A DNA stretch of 64,000 nucleotides from Longimicrobiales bacterium (GTDB lineage: Bacteria; Gemmatimonadota; Gemmatimonadetes; Longimicrobiales; Gaopeijiaceae), in NCBI GenBank assembly GCA_965218295.1, contig CBDCKN010000013.1, positions 288,001 to 352,000 of the forward strand. Direction: 5' to 3'. Below the pieces are notes generated by a model that did no database searches, was not told the DNA's origin, and saw only the letters and a list, made by a program, of their open reading frames with translations. The position numbers were made by a program, and so were the translations under genes. Every line of letters begins with the position of its first letter. Within the stretch, counting starts at the first letter, position 1. Shown here one piece after another: positions 21,480-32,057 of this stretch.

Positions 21480-21812
21480 TCAAAGACCCGTCAGGGCCTC
21501 GTCACGGCTGTCGGCGATCTTGAAGAGCGTGTCGAGCTTGGTGAGCTCGAAGAGCGTACGAAGATCCTCGTTGAGGCTGGCGAGCCTGAGCTCGCCGCCC
21601 TGTTCACGGATCTTCTTGGAAAGGGACACAAGTACGCCCAATCCGGAGGAGTCGATGTAGCCCGTGTTGGAAAAGTCGACGACGAACTTGCGCTCGCCCT
21701 TCTCGAGCTCATCGAGGACTTTTTGCTTCAGTTCTTGGCGATTTCCGACGATGAGCTGGCCCTCAACATCGATGACCGTCACGTCGCCCGACATGCTCAC
21801 CTGAAATGCCAT
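21480..21812 (-). CDS. STAS anti-anti-sigma factor (RsbV/SpoIIAA-like)
   Basis: YIDSSGLGVLV phospho-Ser motif. Confidence 0.94.
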   Translation of the reverse strand: MAFQVSMSGDVTVIDVEGQLIVGNRQELKQKVLDELEKGERKFVVDFSNTGYIDSSGLGVLVSLSKKIREQGGELRLASLNEDLRTLFELTKLDTLFKIADSRDEALTGL

Positions 21813-21954
21813 TGTTCCTCCGTTCACGGTTTCGATTCTCCGGCTACGCGGGCGCGCGTCGCCTAAAGGGGATGGCGAAACGATATAGGAAAACGCCCCA
21901 ACGGGGCAATACTCGCGTTTGGGGGCGCGCTCAAGGGGAATCCGTGCCTTCATC

Positions 21955-22942
21955 CTACCCGCGGACCGTCCCCATCAACGCCGTGATGCAAGCCACGTCG
22001 AAGACCTCGTCGGCCGACGCCCCCCGGGAGAGGTCGTTATACGGCCGCCGAAGCCCTTGCAGGATGGGCCCCAGAGCCCGGCAGCCCGTGATTCGCTGGA
22101 CGAGCTTGTACGCGATGTTGGCCGAGTTCAGGTCGGGGAAGATCAAAACGTTGGCTTGGCCGGCCACGGAGGACCCGGGAGCCTTGCGCCGGGCCACCGA
22201 GTCGATGAGGGCGGCATCCCCCTGGAACTCCCCGTCCGCGGGAACTTCCGGGAGCCGCTCCCGGAAGAGCTCCACGGCCCTGATGACCTTGTCCACCGCC
22301 GGGCCGGAGGCACTCCCGAGGGTCGAATACGACAGGAAGGCCACACGCGGCTCGTCGTTCACCACCAGCGCACGCGCCCTGGCCGCCGCTACCCCGATAT
22401 CGGCCAGCTCGTCCGGGGTCGGCTCGGGGATCACGCCTGCATCCGCGAAGGTGAGGACCTCGTCGTCCACACCGCGGAAGGACGGAACGAGCATGTAGAA
22501 GGCCGAGGACACGGTGTCCACCCCCTCGTCGGGCTCTACGGTGCGGACCGCGGCGCGAATGATGTCCCGAGTGGGATGGATCGCGCCGGCCACGACCCCG
22601 TCCACGTTTCCCTCCGACACCAGCAGTCCGGCCAACATCAGGGGGTCTCGCGCCACCTGAATCGCATTGTTCTCGGACAGCCGTCCCCCCAACCGCTCAC
22701 GGATACCGCTGCACTGTAGGCTGGTCGGTGGGATCGACGATCTCGATGGCGTCGGCATCGACGCCCACCGGCACGAGAGCTTCGCGCACGGCCCGGGGGG
22801 ATCCGGCGGCAGTGACGGAGCAGACGCCCTCTCTCAGGAGCCGGGCGATGGCTGCCGCGGTGCGGGCGTCGGTCGCCTCGGGGAACGCCAGTGTTGCTTG
22901 GAGCGCTCGTGCCCGAGTCTTCAGAGACTCGAGAAAGGTCAC
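21955..22942 (-). CDS. pta: Phosphate acetyltransferase; frameshift at ~22710
   Basis: LAFPEATDAR N-terminus in one frame; VSSAF, FADAG, LSYSTLGS, DGEFQGDAA, FPDLNSANIAYK and NDLSRG in the next. Confidence 0.88.
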
Positions 22943-23439
22943 TCCCGAAGCACTGTCTCCATCAGCCTGAGGACCGGCTCCGACACGAAGGGAGCCACAT
23001 CCCCTCCGAGGCGAGCCACTTCACGTACCAGGGACGCGGACAGGAACGAGTAGTTCTGATCCGGCGTCAGGAAGATGGTCTCGACTCCACTCCAGAGCTC
23101 TCTGTTCATCTGCGCCATCTGAAACTCGTACTCGAAGTCGGAGACGGCTCTCAGGCCGCGAATCACGAGTTGAGCCTCCAGCTCCCGTGCCAGATCAACA
23201 AGGAGACCTCGGAAGCTGAGACACTCGATGCGCTCCTCGTCTCGGAAGACCTCCTCGATCAGCTCGAGGCGTTGCTCCACGCTGAACAGGCTTCCCTTCT
23301 CCTGTGTGGCCGTGTAGGCGACGGCGATGATGACCCGATCCGCCAGGCGCAAGGAGCGGCGAGCCACGTCCTCGTGGCCCTTGGTGATCGGGTCGAAAGA
23401 ACCTGGGTAGATTGCTAGAACGGGCCGATCGCGGGTCAT
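22939..23439 (-). CDS. coaD: Phosphopantetheine adenylyltransferase
   Basis: YPGSFDPITKGH and IRGLRAVSDFEYE motifs. Confidence 0.98.
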   Translation of the reverse strand: MTRDRPVLAIYPGSFDPITKGHEDVARRSLRLADRVIIAVAYTATQEKGSLFSVEQRLELIEEVFRDEERIECLSFRGLLVDLARELEAQLVIRGLRAVSDFEYEFQMAQMNRELWSGVETIFLTPDQNYSFLSASLVREVARLGGDVAPFVSEPVLRLMETVLRE

Positions 23440-23963
23440 GGCTGCGCCTCGAGGATCGAGATGACCGTGTCTCCGTAGCGTCGTTGTCGGAGCCCGGCGA
23501 GCTCCGGTATAGGATCGGTAGTACGATGCTCTACCCAGAGCTGAGATGCAAACGGACTCGCAGCGAAGGACTCGAGGAGCCTCGCCGCCAGTCCCCGCCC
23601 GTATGGCGGATCGGCCAGGGCGACATCGAAGGTCACTCCCTCCAGCCGCTCGGCACATGCCATGGCGTCCGAAGCGATCACCGTCGACTCCGACTCCGCC
23701 CCCAGCATCTCGATGTTGGCGCGAAGCGTGCCGAGTGCGCCCCGGGAGCGCTCGACGAAGACGGCGCTCGCCGCACCCCGGCTGAGCGCCTCGAGGCCCA
23801 GAGCGCCCGAACCGGCGAAAAGATCCAGGACCGCTGCCCCCTCCAGAACGGGCCCCAAGGCCGCCATCCACGACTCTCGCACACGATCCGTAGTGGGACG
23901 GACTCCCTCGCCACGGAGGGCCTTGAGCCGCCGCCCTTTCCAACGCCCGGCAATGATCCTCAC
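23436..23963 (-). CDS. rsmD: 16S rRNA m2G966 methyltransferase
   Basis: MRIIAG, RPTTDRVRE, DLFAGSGALGLEALSRGA and DPPY motifs. Confidence 0.97.
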   Translation of the reverse strand: MRIIAGRWKGRRLKALRGEGVRPTTDRVRESWMAALGPVLEGAAVLDLFAGSGALGLEALSRGAASAVFVERSRGALGTLRANIEMLGAESESTVIASDAMACAERLEGVTFDVALADPPYGRGLAARLLESFAASPFASQLWVEHRTTDPIPELAGLRQRRYGDTVISILEAQP

Positions 23964-25741
23964 GTCGCGGTGCCTGGGAGGGTACGGTCCGCGGCGCCGT
24001 GGGACCGGACGTCGAGAAGGTGGGCCTCGACGCGGCGCCGACCGCGGAACACACCGAGCTTGAGCTTGAAGGTCAGGTCCACGGGGCCGGTTTCCAGGGA
24101 TTCGGGAGGGATGCGGTTCACGAGGCCGAAGCCGATGGCATCGAGAGAATGCCCCGACTGCGTGAGCCTGAGCTTGAGATGGCCCTTGCCGACCTCTCGC
24201 GGGGGGCTCGCCAACTCGACGTCGCGAGCGATGAAGACGGGAGACGGATTCCCGATCCCGAAAGGTCCGAAGTACGTGAGGAAGTGGGCGAGCCGCTCGG
24301 TGGCCTCCGACAGCCGGAGCTCGAGTTCCGGCTTGATCGTCGGGCGTGGCTGCCGGCCTCCCAAGCGATCACGAGTCTCCGCGTTGAAGGCGTGCCTGAA
24401 GTCCTCCACGCACTCCGGTGCCACGTCCATCCCCGCCGCGGCGCGGTGCCCCCCGAAACGGCCCAGATGCTCCCGGCATGCGTGTACGGCTCCGTAGAGG
24501 TCGAAGCCTGGAATGGATCGGGCACTCCCCCGCCCTCGCCCGTCCCGGAGGGCGACTAGGACCGTGGGCCGGTGGATGCGCTCGACGATGCGTGACGCGA
24601 CTATGCCGATGACGCCCGGGTGCCATCCCTCGCCCATCAAGACCACGCCGAAGTCCCGCTCGGGTCGATAGCTGCTGCTCAGCCCCTCCAACGCCTCTCG
24701 GAGAGTCCTGGCCTCCTCGTCACGTCGGTCGGCGTTGTCGACTTCGAGCCGGTCGGCGAGCTCCTCGGCCCGCACGGGATCCTCTGTCATGAGCAGATCC
24801 AGCGCGGTCATGGCTTCCGCCATGCGCCCGGCGGCGTTGATGCGTGGGGCGAGCCTGAAGGCCACCTGGCCGGCTTCGACAGGTCCAGCCCCCAACCCGG
24901 CCCGCCCCATGAGGGCCCGCAGCCCAGGAAGCTCGGTCCGCGCCAGCGCCTTGAGACCGTACCGGACCAGCGTGCGGTTCTCGTGATCCAATGGCACCAC
25001 GTCGGCGATGGTGGCCACGGCTACCAGGTCCAGGGATCCGTGCAGCTCCTCGCGATCGAGGCCCCGCTCGTCCGCCAGTAGCTCGCAGAGCCGGTAGGCG
25101 ACACCCGCCCCGCAGAGACCCTTGTTGGGGTACGGACAGTCGGCTCGGTTCGGGTTGACGACGGCGAGCGCGGGAGGAAGGGTCTCCGCTGGCGTGTGGT
25201 GATCGGTGACGATCACGTCGATACCCGCCGCGTTCGCCTCGGCCACGGCCCCGTGGGCCCGGATCCCCGAGTCTACGGTGACGATGAGGGCCGCTCCGGC
25301 CGTCCGGGCCGCTTCGACGCCCGCAGGACCCAGATCGTAGCCATCCCGGATACGGTGGGGGACGAAGGGCACGGCGGCTCCCCCCATCCTCCGGATCCAC
25401 CGTGCCAACAAGGCGGCGCCGGACACCCCATCGACGTCGTAGTCACCGTGGACTAGGACGGTCTCCCCACGGTCGATGGCCTCGAGGATCCGCCCGACGG
25501 CCTCCTTGCTACCGGCGAGGAGAGCGGCCGGATGCAGGTCGGACAGGAGGGGTCGCAGGAAGCCCTTGGCCTGCTCGGGGTCGGTCAGGCCGCGCTGCAC
25601 CAAGAGCACACAGAGCGGCTCGGGAATCGAAAGCGCCTCTGCGAGGAGCTGTACCGCTTCTCGAGGGACGGACGCCGGCTCTTGCCATACGGGGACGAGC
25701 ACCGGCAGCGCCGGCTGGGAGGCTGCTCCTGCATCGTCCAC
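23960..25741 (-). CDS. recJ: Single-stranded-DNA exonuclease RecJ
   Basis: GDYDVDG, TDHH, PRINAAGR, GSARS and GGHRAAAG motifs. Confidence 0.97.
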   Translation of the reverse strand: MDDAGAASQPALPVLVPVWQEPASVPREAVQLLAEALSIPEPLCVLLVQRGLTDPEQAKGFLRPLLSDLHPAALLAGSKEAVGRILEAIDRGETVLVHGDYDVDGVSGAALLARWIRRMGGAAVPFVPHRIRDGYDLGPAGVEAARTAGAALIVTVDSGIRAHGAVAEANAAGIDVIVTDHHTPAETLPPALAVVNPNRADCPYPNKGLCGAGVAYRLCELLADERGLDREELHGSLDLVAVATIADVVPLDHENRTLVRYGLKALARTELPGLRALMGRAGLGAGPVEAGQVAFRLAPRINAAGRMAEAMTALDLLMTEDPVRAEELADRLEVDNADRRDEEARTLREALEGLSSSYRPERDFGVVLMGEGWHPGVIGIVASRIVERIHRPTVLVALRDGRGRGSARSIPGFDLYGAVHACREHLGRFGGHRAAAGMDVAPECVEDFRHAFNAETRDRLGGRQPRPTIKPELELRLSEATERLAHFLTYFGPFGIGNPSPVFIARDVELASPPREVGKGHLKLRLTQSGHSLDAIGFGLVNRIPPESLETGPVDLTFKLKLGVFRGRRRVEAHLLDVRSHGAADRTLPGTAT

Positions 25742-25767
25742 GTCAGGAACGCCGAGGAGGCCGTCGC

Positions 25768-26838
25768 CTATGCGTCGGCGGCTCCCTCCCTGGGCTCTTC
25801 TTCAGGTTCGTCGACCTCGGCAAGGCCCTCGAGCTCTTCTTCCGCCGGATGCTCCGAAGCCTCGGCCACGGCCTCTGCGGTTTCGATGTCGAGCTCCCCA
25901 TCCGTTTCATCAGCCGCCTCCGCCAGGTCTTCTACCGCCGACTCCGCGGCGGTGTACTCTTCTTCTTCGACTTCTTCTTCTTCTTCGGCTTCCGCCTCCA
26001 CCTCGACTTCCGCCTCGGCCTCTTCCTGCACCTCCGTGGCAGCTCGTTCGGCGTCCCTGGCCTCTTCGGAGGATCGGAGCACCTCCTCGATACGGGCGGC
26101 CTCTTGCTGTGCCTTGGCGATCCCCTCCTCAGACTCCGGCGTGAGGATCACCCCGCACGCTTCGCACCGGATCATCCCGGTGGCGTGCCGGATCTCGTTC
26201 TGGATCTGGAGCGGAATCACGCTGAAGCAGTTGCCGCATGCTCCGTCGTGCGTGAGCTCCGCCACGGCCACGTCTCGGGCACCCGCCATGATGCTATCGT
26301 AGATCCGGCGCTCTTCGAGGCTGATGCCGGCGGCGAACTCGTCTCTCTTGGCCTGCAGCTCCTGCAGCCGCGCCCCGGCGGCCTCCTTTTCGTCGAGCAG
26401 CTCACGGCATCGGGGCTCCACCTCGGCCAGCTCCTCCTGGTGTGCCGCCTCGTGCTCGCCTATGCGCTCTTCCATCCGTCGGATCTGTTCCAGAAGACTC
26501 AGAGCTTCCTGCTCGTCATTCTCGAGAGCCCGCCGGACCATTTCCAGCTCGGCATGCACCGCAGCCTCTTCTCTCACATTCCGGACGGCGTTCATCCGCT
26601 CCTGGAGCTTCGTCGACCGCACGCGACGCTCCTCTATGGACAACTCCAGCCTGTTCTCCTCGAGCGTCACCTCCTGCAGCCGGGCCTGTAGGGCCTTCAG
26701 CTCTTTCTCGAAACGATGGACCGGCTCCCCGACCTCTTCGAGCTTGGCGTCGAATGTCCCCACAACGGACTCAATGGAGGCGATCTCCTGGTCCAGCTCC
26801 TGGAGCTCTTTCAGTGATGAATGTGTCTGAGGTGTCAT
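25768..26838 (-). CDS. Coiled-coil C4 zinc-ribbon protein (DUF164-like) with a long acidic tail
   Basis: LQELD start, long coiled coil, CGNC...CEACG, then an E/A-rich C-terminus. Confidence 0.85.
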   Translation of the reverse strand: MTPQTHSSLKELQELDQEIASIESVVGTFDAKLEEVGEPVHRFEKELKALQARLQEVTLEENRLELSIEERRVRSTKLQERMNAVRNVREEAAVHAELEMVRRALENDEQEALSLLEQIRRMEERIGEHEAAHQEELAEVEPRCRELLDEKEAAGARLQELQAKRDEFAAGISLEERRIYDSIMAGARDVAVAELTHDGACGNCFSVIPLQIQNEIRHATGMIRCEACGVILTPESEEGIAKAQQEAARIEEVLRSSEEARDAERAATEVQEEAEAEVEVEAEAEEEEEVEEEEYTAAESAVEDLAEAADETDGELDIETAEAVAEASEHPAEEELEGLAEVDEPEEEPREGAADA

Positions 26839-26859
26839 GAGTGCTCTTGTATTATATGT

Positions 26860-28659
26860 CTAGCTATTGCTCTTCAGGGTCCTGCGGGCCGCGGACGACC
26901 AATCGAGTCCAAGCTCGCGCCGCTGCTCACCCAGGCGGGCCTTCTCGGCCAGGAGCTCGGTACGTCGCTCCGGGTCTGTCGTATTGTGCATGAGACGATC
27001 GACTTCGTCGAGCCTCTCCTGCAACGCCATACCCTGGATCTTGCTCAGCGACTCTTCGAAAACCCGTCGCGCCTGGCGGAGTTCCTTCGGATCGGCCAGC
27101 AACTCCTCCAGTGTGTGTGTGGCGGCGGGTGACAGCCCGGGGGGCGCGTGCGTCAGCCCAGGATCGGCAAGAAGTGCTTCGTAAGCGCCTCGATACCCCA
27201 GGTCCACGAAGTCGTCAGGACCGAGGTGCTCTCCCACCCGCTCGATCCAATCCCGATCCTTGGTCATGAGCAGCAGCAGCTCGCGCGCGGGGCCCATGGG
27301 TGGAACCGTCGGTGCAACGATCCGCCTCGGCGTCGGCCGACGCGCGGGAGGTGGAGAGCCCACAGGCGGAGCGCCTCTCGCCAACTCCTCCTGAAGGGTC
27401 TCGCGGCGTACCCCCGTGCGATCGGAGACCTTCGAGACGTAGATGTCCCGGAGAGCCGGATCCTGAACCGCCCGCAAGGTCGGCAGGAGGCGGTCGATGG
27501 CATTCCGGGTCCGCTCGATTCCGGAGAAGTGGTCCCGCTCCTCCAGGATCTGGAGCTTGCGGTCGAGGACGTCGACGGCTTGGTCGAGGTGCCACTGCAG
27601 CCCCTCAGCTCCCTCCTTGTGAACCAACGTGTCGGGGTCCTCTCCCTGAGGAAGCGTGACCACGGAGGGATGGAGTCCTGCGGCCAACAGCACGTCCCCG
27701 GCCCTGAACGTGGCCTTGAGACCGGCGGAGTCGCTGTCGAAGAGGAGGTGGACCCGCGTGGTGTAGCGGCGAAGCAACGCCGCCTGCTCGGGAGTCAGAG
27801 CGGTGCCGAGTGGCGCCACGGCATTCTCGAATCCGGCAGCGGCCAGTGACACGGCGTCCATGTAGCCCTCCACCACCAGAGCCGCTTCTTCGCGGCGGAT
27901 GGCGTTCTTCGCCCAGCTCAGCCCGTAGAGCACGTCGCCCTTGTGGTATATGGGCGATTCCGGGGAGTTCACGTACTTGGGCGCCCCCTCCCTGCCGGAG
28001 TCGAGGACGCGGCCCCCGAAGCCCAGGACCTTGCCGCCCACGTTCTCGATGGAGAAGGTGATCCTGCCCCTGAAACGGTCGTAAGGCTCCTGGCTCTTCT
28101 CGCTCTGGGTCAGGAGACCCACCTCGAGGAGCGTCTCGTCTCCGATCCCGTGATGGGCCGCGGCCTCGCGTAGCGCTCGCCATTCGTCCGGGGCGAATCC
28201 CAGGGAGAAGCGCTCGGCGATGTCCCGGTCGATTCCTCGCTGCTCCAGATAGGCTCGAGCCTCCCGCCCCAGCTTCTCATCCCACAGCGAGTCCTGGAAA
28301 AACATCCGGGCGAAGGCATTCGCATCGTAGAGATGGCGGAACGGATCTTCTTCTTGATGGCCCCTCTTCACCTCCCGGATCTCAACACCCGCCCGCTGGG
28401 CCGCATACTTCACGGCGTCTACGAAGTCCAGGCCCAGGCGCTTCATCAGGAACGAAAAGACGTCCCCCGACTCGTCGCACCCAAAGCACTTGTAGAAGCC
28501 CTTGGCCGGGACGACGTAGAAGCTGGGGGTCTTCTCTTCGTGGAACGGGCAACAGGCCTTGTAGTCCTTGCCGGACTTCTTCAGGGGAACGATCTCGCCG
28601 ATGATCTCGACGATGTCCGCCCTGGCCCGGACCTCCTCGACCTGGTCGTCGGGGATCAC
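26860..28659 (-). CDS. dnaG: DNA primase
   Basis: CPFHEEKTPSF/CFGC zinc finger, DRFRGR, KYVNSPE, VEGYMD and FDSDSAG motifs. Confidence 0.98.
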   Translation of the reverse strand: MIPDDQVEEVRARADIVEIIGEIVPLKKSGKDYKACCPFHEEKTPSFYVVPAKGFYKCFGCDESGDVFSFLMKRLGLDFVDAVKYAAQRAGVEIREVKRGHQEEDPFRHLYDANAFARMFFQDSLWDEKLGREARAYLEQRGIDRDIAERFSLGFAPDEWRALREAAAHHGIGDETLLEVGLLTQSEKSQEPYDRFRGRITFSIENVGGKVLGFGGRVLDSGREGAPKYVNSPESPIYHKGDVLYGLSWAKNAIRREEAALVVEGYMDAVSLAAAGFENAVAPLGTALTPEQAALLRRYTTRVHLLFDSDSAGLKATFRAGDVLLAAGLHPSVVTLPQGEDPDTLVHKEGAEGLQWHLDQAVDVLDRKLQILEERDHFSGIERTRNAIDRLLPTLRAVQDPALRDIYVSKVSDRTGVRRETLQEELARGAPPVGSPPPARRPTPRRIVAPTVPPMGPARELLLLMTKDRDWIERVGEHLGPDDFVDLGYRGAYEALLADPGLTHAPPGLSPAATHTLEELLADPKELRQARRVFEESLSKIQGMALQERLDEVDRLMHNTTDPERRTELLAEKARLGEQRRELGLDWSSAARRTLKSNS

Positions 28660-31013
28660 TTGAAGCTCACCACAGTGACGCCGGCTCCGCCTTCAGTACG
28701 CCCACCAAGGCGGAAGTCCGCGACCCGACCGTCACTCTCCAGAATCTCCGTCACACGAGACCGCACTGCTCCCGTCCCCTTGCCGTGTATGATTCTGAGC
28801 TCCGGAAGGTCGTTCAGGATGGCCTCGTCCATGGCCTGGAAGAGCTCTTGCTCCACCTCGTCGACCCGGAAGCCACGGAGATCCACCTCCGTCCGGACGG
28901 GACCCGCAGGAGCGCTCCAGGACACCGACGTCGAACGCCGGTCGCGCCGAGTCTCCGAGCTCCCCAGGGGCTCGAGGTCAGTCAGGGGCACCTTCATCCG
29001 GATGCCGGACGCGTCGATGACGGCGCGGTCGTCCCTGACCTCCACCACCACCCCCTTGGGGCCTCCGTCGAGCACCCTCACCCGGTCTCCCGACGTCACC
29101 CCGAAGGAGCCGGACGATCCCAGCTCGCCGGGCCGCAGCTCGCGCTGACGCCGCGCGGCGTTCTCGACCTTGCGGCGGGCCTTCCGCGCCACCTCCTGGA
29201 GGTCCTCAGTGGCCCTGGCCTCCTTGACCTCGCGGATGGCGTCCTCCACCTCCGCCCGCGCCTCCATGAGCAGCTGCCGGGCCTCGTCCCGGGCCTTCCG
29301 CTCCGCCTCGCGCTCCTCTTTACGAAGATCGGACTCACGGGCTTCGAGCTCGGCTCGGAGGCTCTCCGCCACGCTCTGCTCTCGCTCCAGCGAAGCGACC
29401 AGCTCCCGGGCCTCCTTGTCCTTTCGCTCCAAACGCTCGAGAAGGTCCTCGATGGACGACTCAGCGCCCGACATGTTCTCGTCGGCCCGATCCAGGAGGG
29501 AAGGCGGAAGGCCCAGCCGGCGGGCGATGGCAAGGCCGTAGCTGCGGCCCGGCCGGCCCTTCACCAGCTCATAAGTGGGCTCCATGCGATCCGGATCGAA
29601 CTGCAGCGACGCGTTGACGATCCCGCTCCCCTCGGTGTCGAGTCGCTTGAGGGCTCCCAGATGAGAGGTGACGATGGCCATGGCACCACGCTGCACCAGA
29701 TCCCGCAGCAGCGCTATTGAGAGGGCTGCGCCTTCGGTGGGATCCGTCCCCGTCCCCATTTCGTCCAACAGCACGAGAGAACCCCGGTCGGCCTGCTCCG
29801 CCACCTCCTTCCAGTTCGCCACGTGGGCCGAGAACGTCGACAAGCTCTCCGCGATGGACTGCTCGTCTCCGATGTCGGCGAAGAAAGAGCGGAAGATCGG
29901 CAGGCGAGTGCCTTCGTCCACGGGCGGGATGACGCCACTCTGTGCCAGGGCCGTGATGAGACCTACCGCCTTCAGGAGGACACTCTTGCCACCGGTGTTG
30001 GGCCCGGAGACCACGAGCACGTGCTCTCCCGGGTCGAGCGTGAGGTGGAACGGCACGACCTCTCCGGCGGAGGTGGAGAGGAGTAGGGGATGCCTTCCTC
30101 GGACCAGCACCAACCGCTGGCCGTCCTCCGTGAACGCCGGCGGCACCGCCCCCCATTGCTGGGCGGCTCGGGCCCTCGCGTACAAGGAGTCGAACTCCAC
30201 GAGCGCGTCGAGGCTGCCGGTGAGGGCGTCCCGGCTCGGACGCAGAAGCTGGGTGACCTCCGTGAGAACCCGATGGACCTCACGGGCCTCCTCCCGCTCG
30301 AGGCCCCTCAGCTCGTTGGTGAGGGCCAGAGCCACGGGTGGCTCGACGAACAGGGTAGCGCCCGTGTGCGACTCGTCGTGGACGATCCCGCCTACTTCCT
30401 TCTTCCCCTCCCGGCGGATAGGGACTACGTACCGACCCTCCCGGACGCCGATGGACGCGTCGGCGACCGTGTACCGCTCGGGCAGATCGCGGACGAAGGC
30501 TTCCAGCTTCCGGACGATCTTCGAGTGGGCACTCCGAAGCCGGCTGCGGATCTTCTTCAGCTCGGAGCTGGCGGTATCCAACACCTCGCCGGAAGCGTCG
30601 ACGGTCTTTTCGACGCGGGCGACCGTCGACGGGTCGGTATGGAGCCGATCTCCCAGGAAGCCGAGCTCTGAAAAGGCCTCCCGGTGGGCGGCCAACGGAA
30701 GGGCAAGCTCCCCGGACGACGCCAGTAGTACTCCCAGCCAGTGAAGCTCCAGGCCTTCGAGCACGGCCCCATCCACCCCCAAGCGCGCGAGGGCTTCGGC
30801 ACAAGCGGGAATCGTGGGCGGTGCCCACGGGGAAAGGGATTCGATGAACGCTCCGGTCTCAGCGACACGGCCGAGCTCGAGCTCCAGCCACTCCCGATCG
30901 GCGCGCGGCCGCAGCGAGAGGACCGCCTCTTTGCCGGCTTCGGAGGACGCATAGCCCGCCACCAACTCCAAAGCCTGCGGAAAGTCCAGAACGGAGAGGG
31001 CATGCTCGCTCAT
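28656..31013 (-). CDS. mutS2: Endonuclease MutS2
   Basis: GPNTGGKS, DIGDEQSI..SLSTFS and DEMGTGTDP motifs; C-terminal Smr domain (DLRG, IIHGKGTG). Confidence 0.96.
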   Translation of the reverse strand: MSEHALSVLDFPQALELVAGYASSEAGKEAVLSLRPRADREWLELELGRVAETGAFIESLSPWAPPTIPACAEALARLGVDGAVLEGLELHWLGVLLASSGELALPLAAHREAFSELGFLGDRLHTDPSTVARVEKTVDASGEVLDTASSELKKIRSRLRSAHSKIVRKLEAFVRDLPERYTVADASIGVREGRYVVPIRREGKKEVGGIVHDESHTGATLFVEPPVALALTNELRGLEREEAREVHRVLTEVTQLLRPSRDALTGSLDALVEFDSLYARARAAQQWGAVPPAFTEDGQRLVLVRGRHPLLLSTSAGEVVPFHLTLDPGEHVLVVSGPNTGGKSVLLKAVGLITALAQSGVIPPVDEGTRLPIFRSFFADIGDEQSIAESLSTFSAHVANWKEVAEQADRGSLVLLDEMGTGTDPTEGAALSIALLRDLVQRGAMAIVTSHLGALKRLDTEGSGIVNASLQFDPDRMEPTYELVKGRPGRSYGLAIARRLGLPPSLLDRADENMSGAESSIEDLLERLERKDKEARELVASLEREQSVAESLRAELEARESDLRKEEREAERKARDEARQLLMEARAEVEDAIREVKEARATEDLQEVARKARRKVENAARRQRELRPGELGSSGSFGVTSGDRVRVLDGGPKGVVVEVRDDRAVIDASGIRMKVPLTDLEPLGSSETRRDRRSTSVSWSAPAGPVRTEVDLRGFRVDEVEQELFQAMDEAILNDLPELRIIHGKGTGAVRSRVTEILESDGRVADFRLGGRTEGGAGVTVVSFK

Positions 31014-31059
31014 CCCGCCGGACCCCATGCTGTCGGCCCCCGGGGGAGCGGCCTGCCTC

Positions 31060-31497
31060 TCACCCCAGCTCCTCCCGAACGATGCGGTTGGCCTCCTTGC
31101 CGTCGAAGCGTGCCCGGATCCGAGGCATGATCTGCCCCATGAGGGCACCCATCTGGTCGGCTCCTCCGGCGATGGCACTCTGCACCATCGCTCGCACCTC
31201 CGCCTCGGTGAGTGGCGGTGGGAGATAAACCCGAAGAATCTCGGCCTCGGCGTCTTCCTTGTCGGCCAGCTCGGGACGCCCGCCGGCTCTCATCTGCTCG
31301 GAAGAGTCACGGCGCTGCTTGATGGCCCTGGTGACGACGGCCTGAACACCCTCGTCGTGCAGCTCACCCTGCTCCTCGATCTCGCGGTTCCTGACCTCCG
31401 ACAGGAGCGTCGTAAGCACCACGGTTCGGAGCCAATCCCGAGCCTTTCGGGCTTCGATTAGGTCACTCTGGACATGTTGTTTGAGATCCGTCGACAT
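31060..31497 (-). CDS. GatB/YqeY domain protein
   Basis: IKQRRDS..Q...GGR.ELA..E..E..IL..YLP and MGALMG motifs. Confidence 0.93.
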   Translation of the reverse strand: MSTDLKQHVQSDLIEARKARDWLRTVVLTTLLSEVRNREIEEQGELHDEGVQAVVTRAIKQRRDSSEQMRAGGRPELADKEDAEAEILRVYLPPPLTEAEVRAMVQSAIAGGADQMGALMGQIMPRIRARFDGKEANRIVREELG

Positions 31498-31640
31498 GGG
31501 GCTGAAGCTACCCGAACCTCAAAACGGGGTCAACGCGACCCCCATCCGGGAAACTCGCGTCCCTTCTAGCTATTCGGCGGCCCCGAAGCTTATGCTAATG
31601 ATTCGACGTCGGCCCGATCCATCGCACGACGGGAGGCCCC

Positions 31641-32051
31641 GTGAAGACCACTTCAGAGCACGCCCAGGAGATTCTCTGGCGCTCCTCATCTCCGGCGCTG
31701 CCCCTGGCGAGCCTGGTCGAAGCCCTGGAGCGGGAAACCGTCACGACGACGGGTGGCACGGAATCCGTGCTCCGCGAGCTCAGGACCCGCCCGGACCTCT
31801 TTCGGGTGCTGGACCCGCGCGTCGGGCCCTGGCGCAGCCGTGGAGCGATGTATGCGGAAATCCGGGCGTGGACCCCGGACCTCTCGGTCCTCGGCCTCCG
31901 CCCACGCCCGAGACCCTCCTCTCCGGTCCGCGCTCGACTGGCCGAGACCCTGCGCTCACTGGGACGCAGTGTGGATCAAGGCTCGGCTACGGCTACGGCC
32001 CGTTGGCTGCTCCTCATGGAGAGGGAGTCCACCGCCTTCACCGACTCCTAG
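31641..32051 (+). CDS. Hypothetical protein
   Basis: GGGAGG RBS and GTG start; fills the gap between yqeY and dnaJ. Confidence 0.6.
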   Translation: MKTTSEHAQEILWRSSSPALPLASLVEALERETVTTTGGTESVLRELRTRPDLFRVLDPRVGPWRSRGAMYAEIRAWTPDLSVLGLRPRPRPSSPVRARLAETLRSLGRSVDQGSATATARWLLLMERESTAFTDS

Positions 32052-32057
32052 GGTCGC

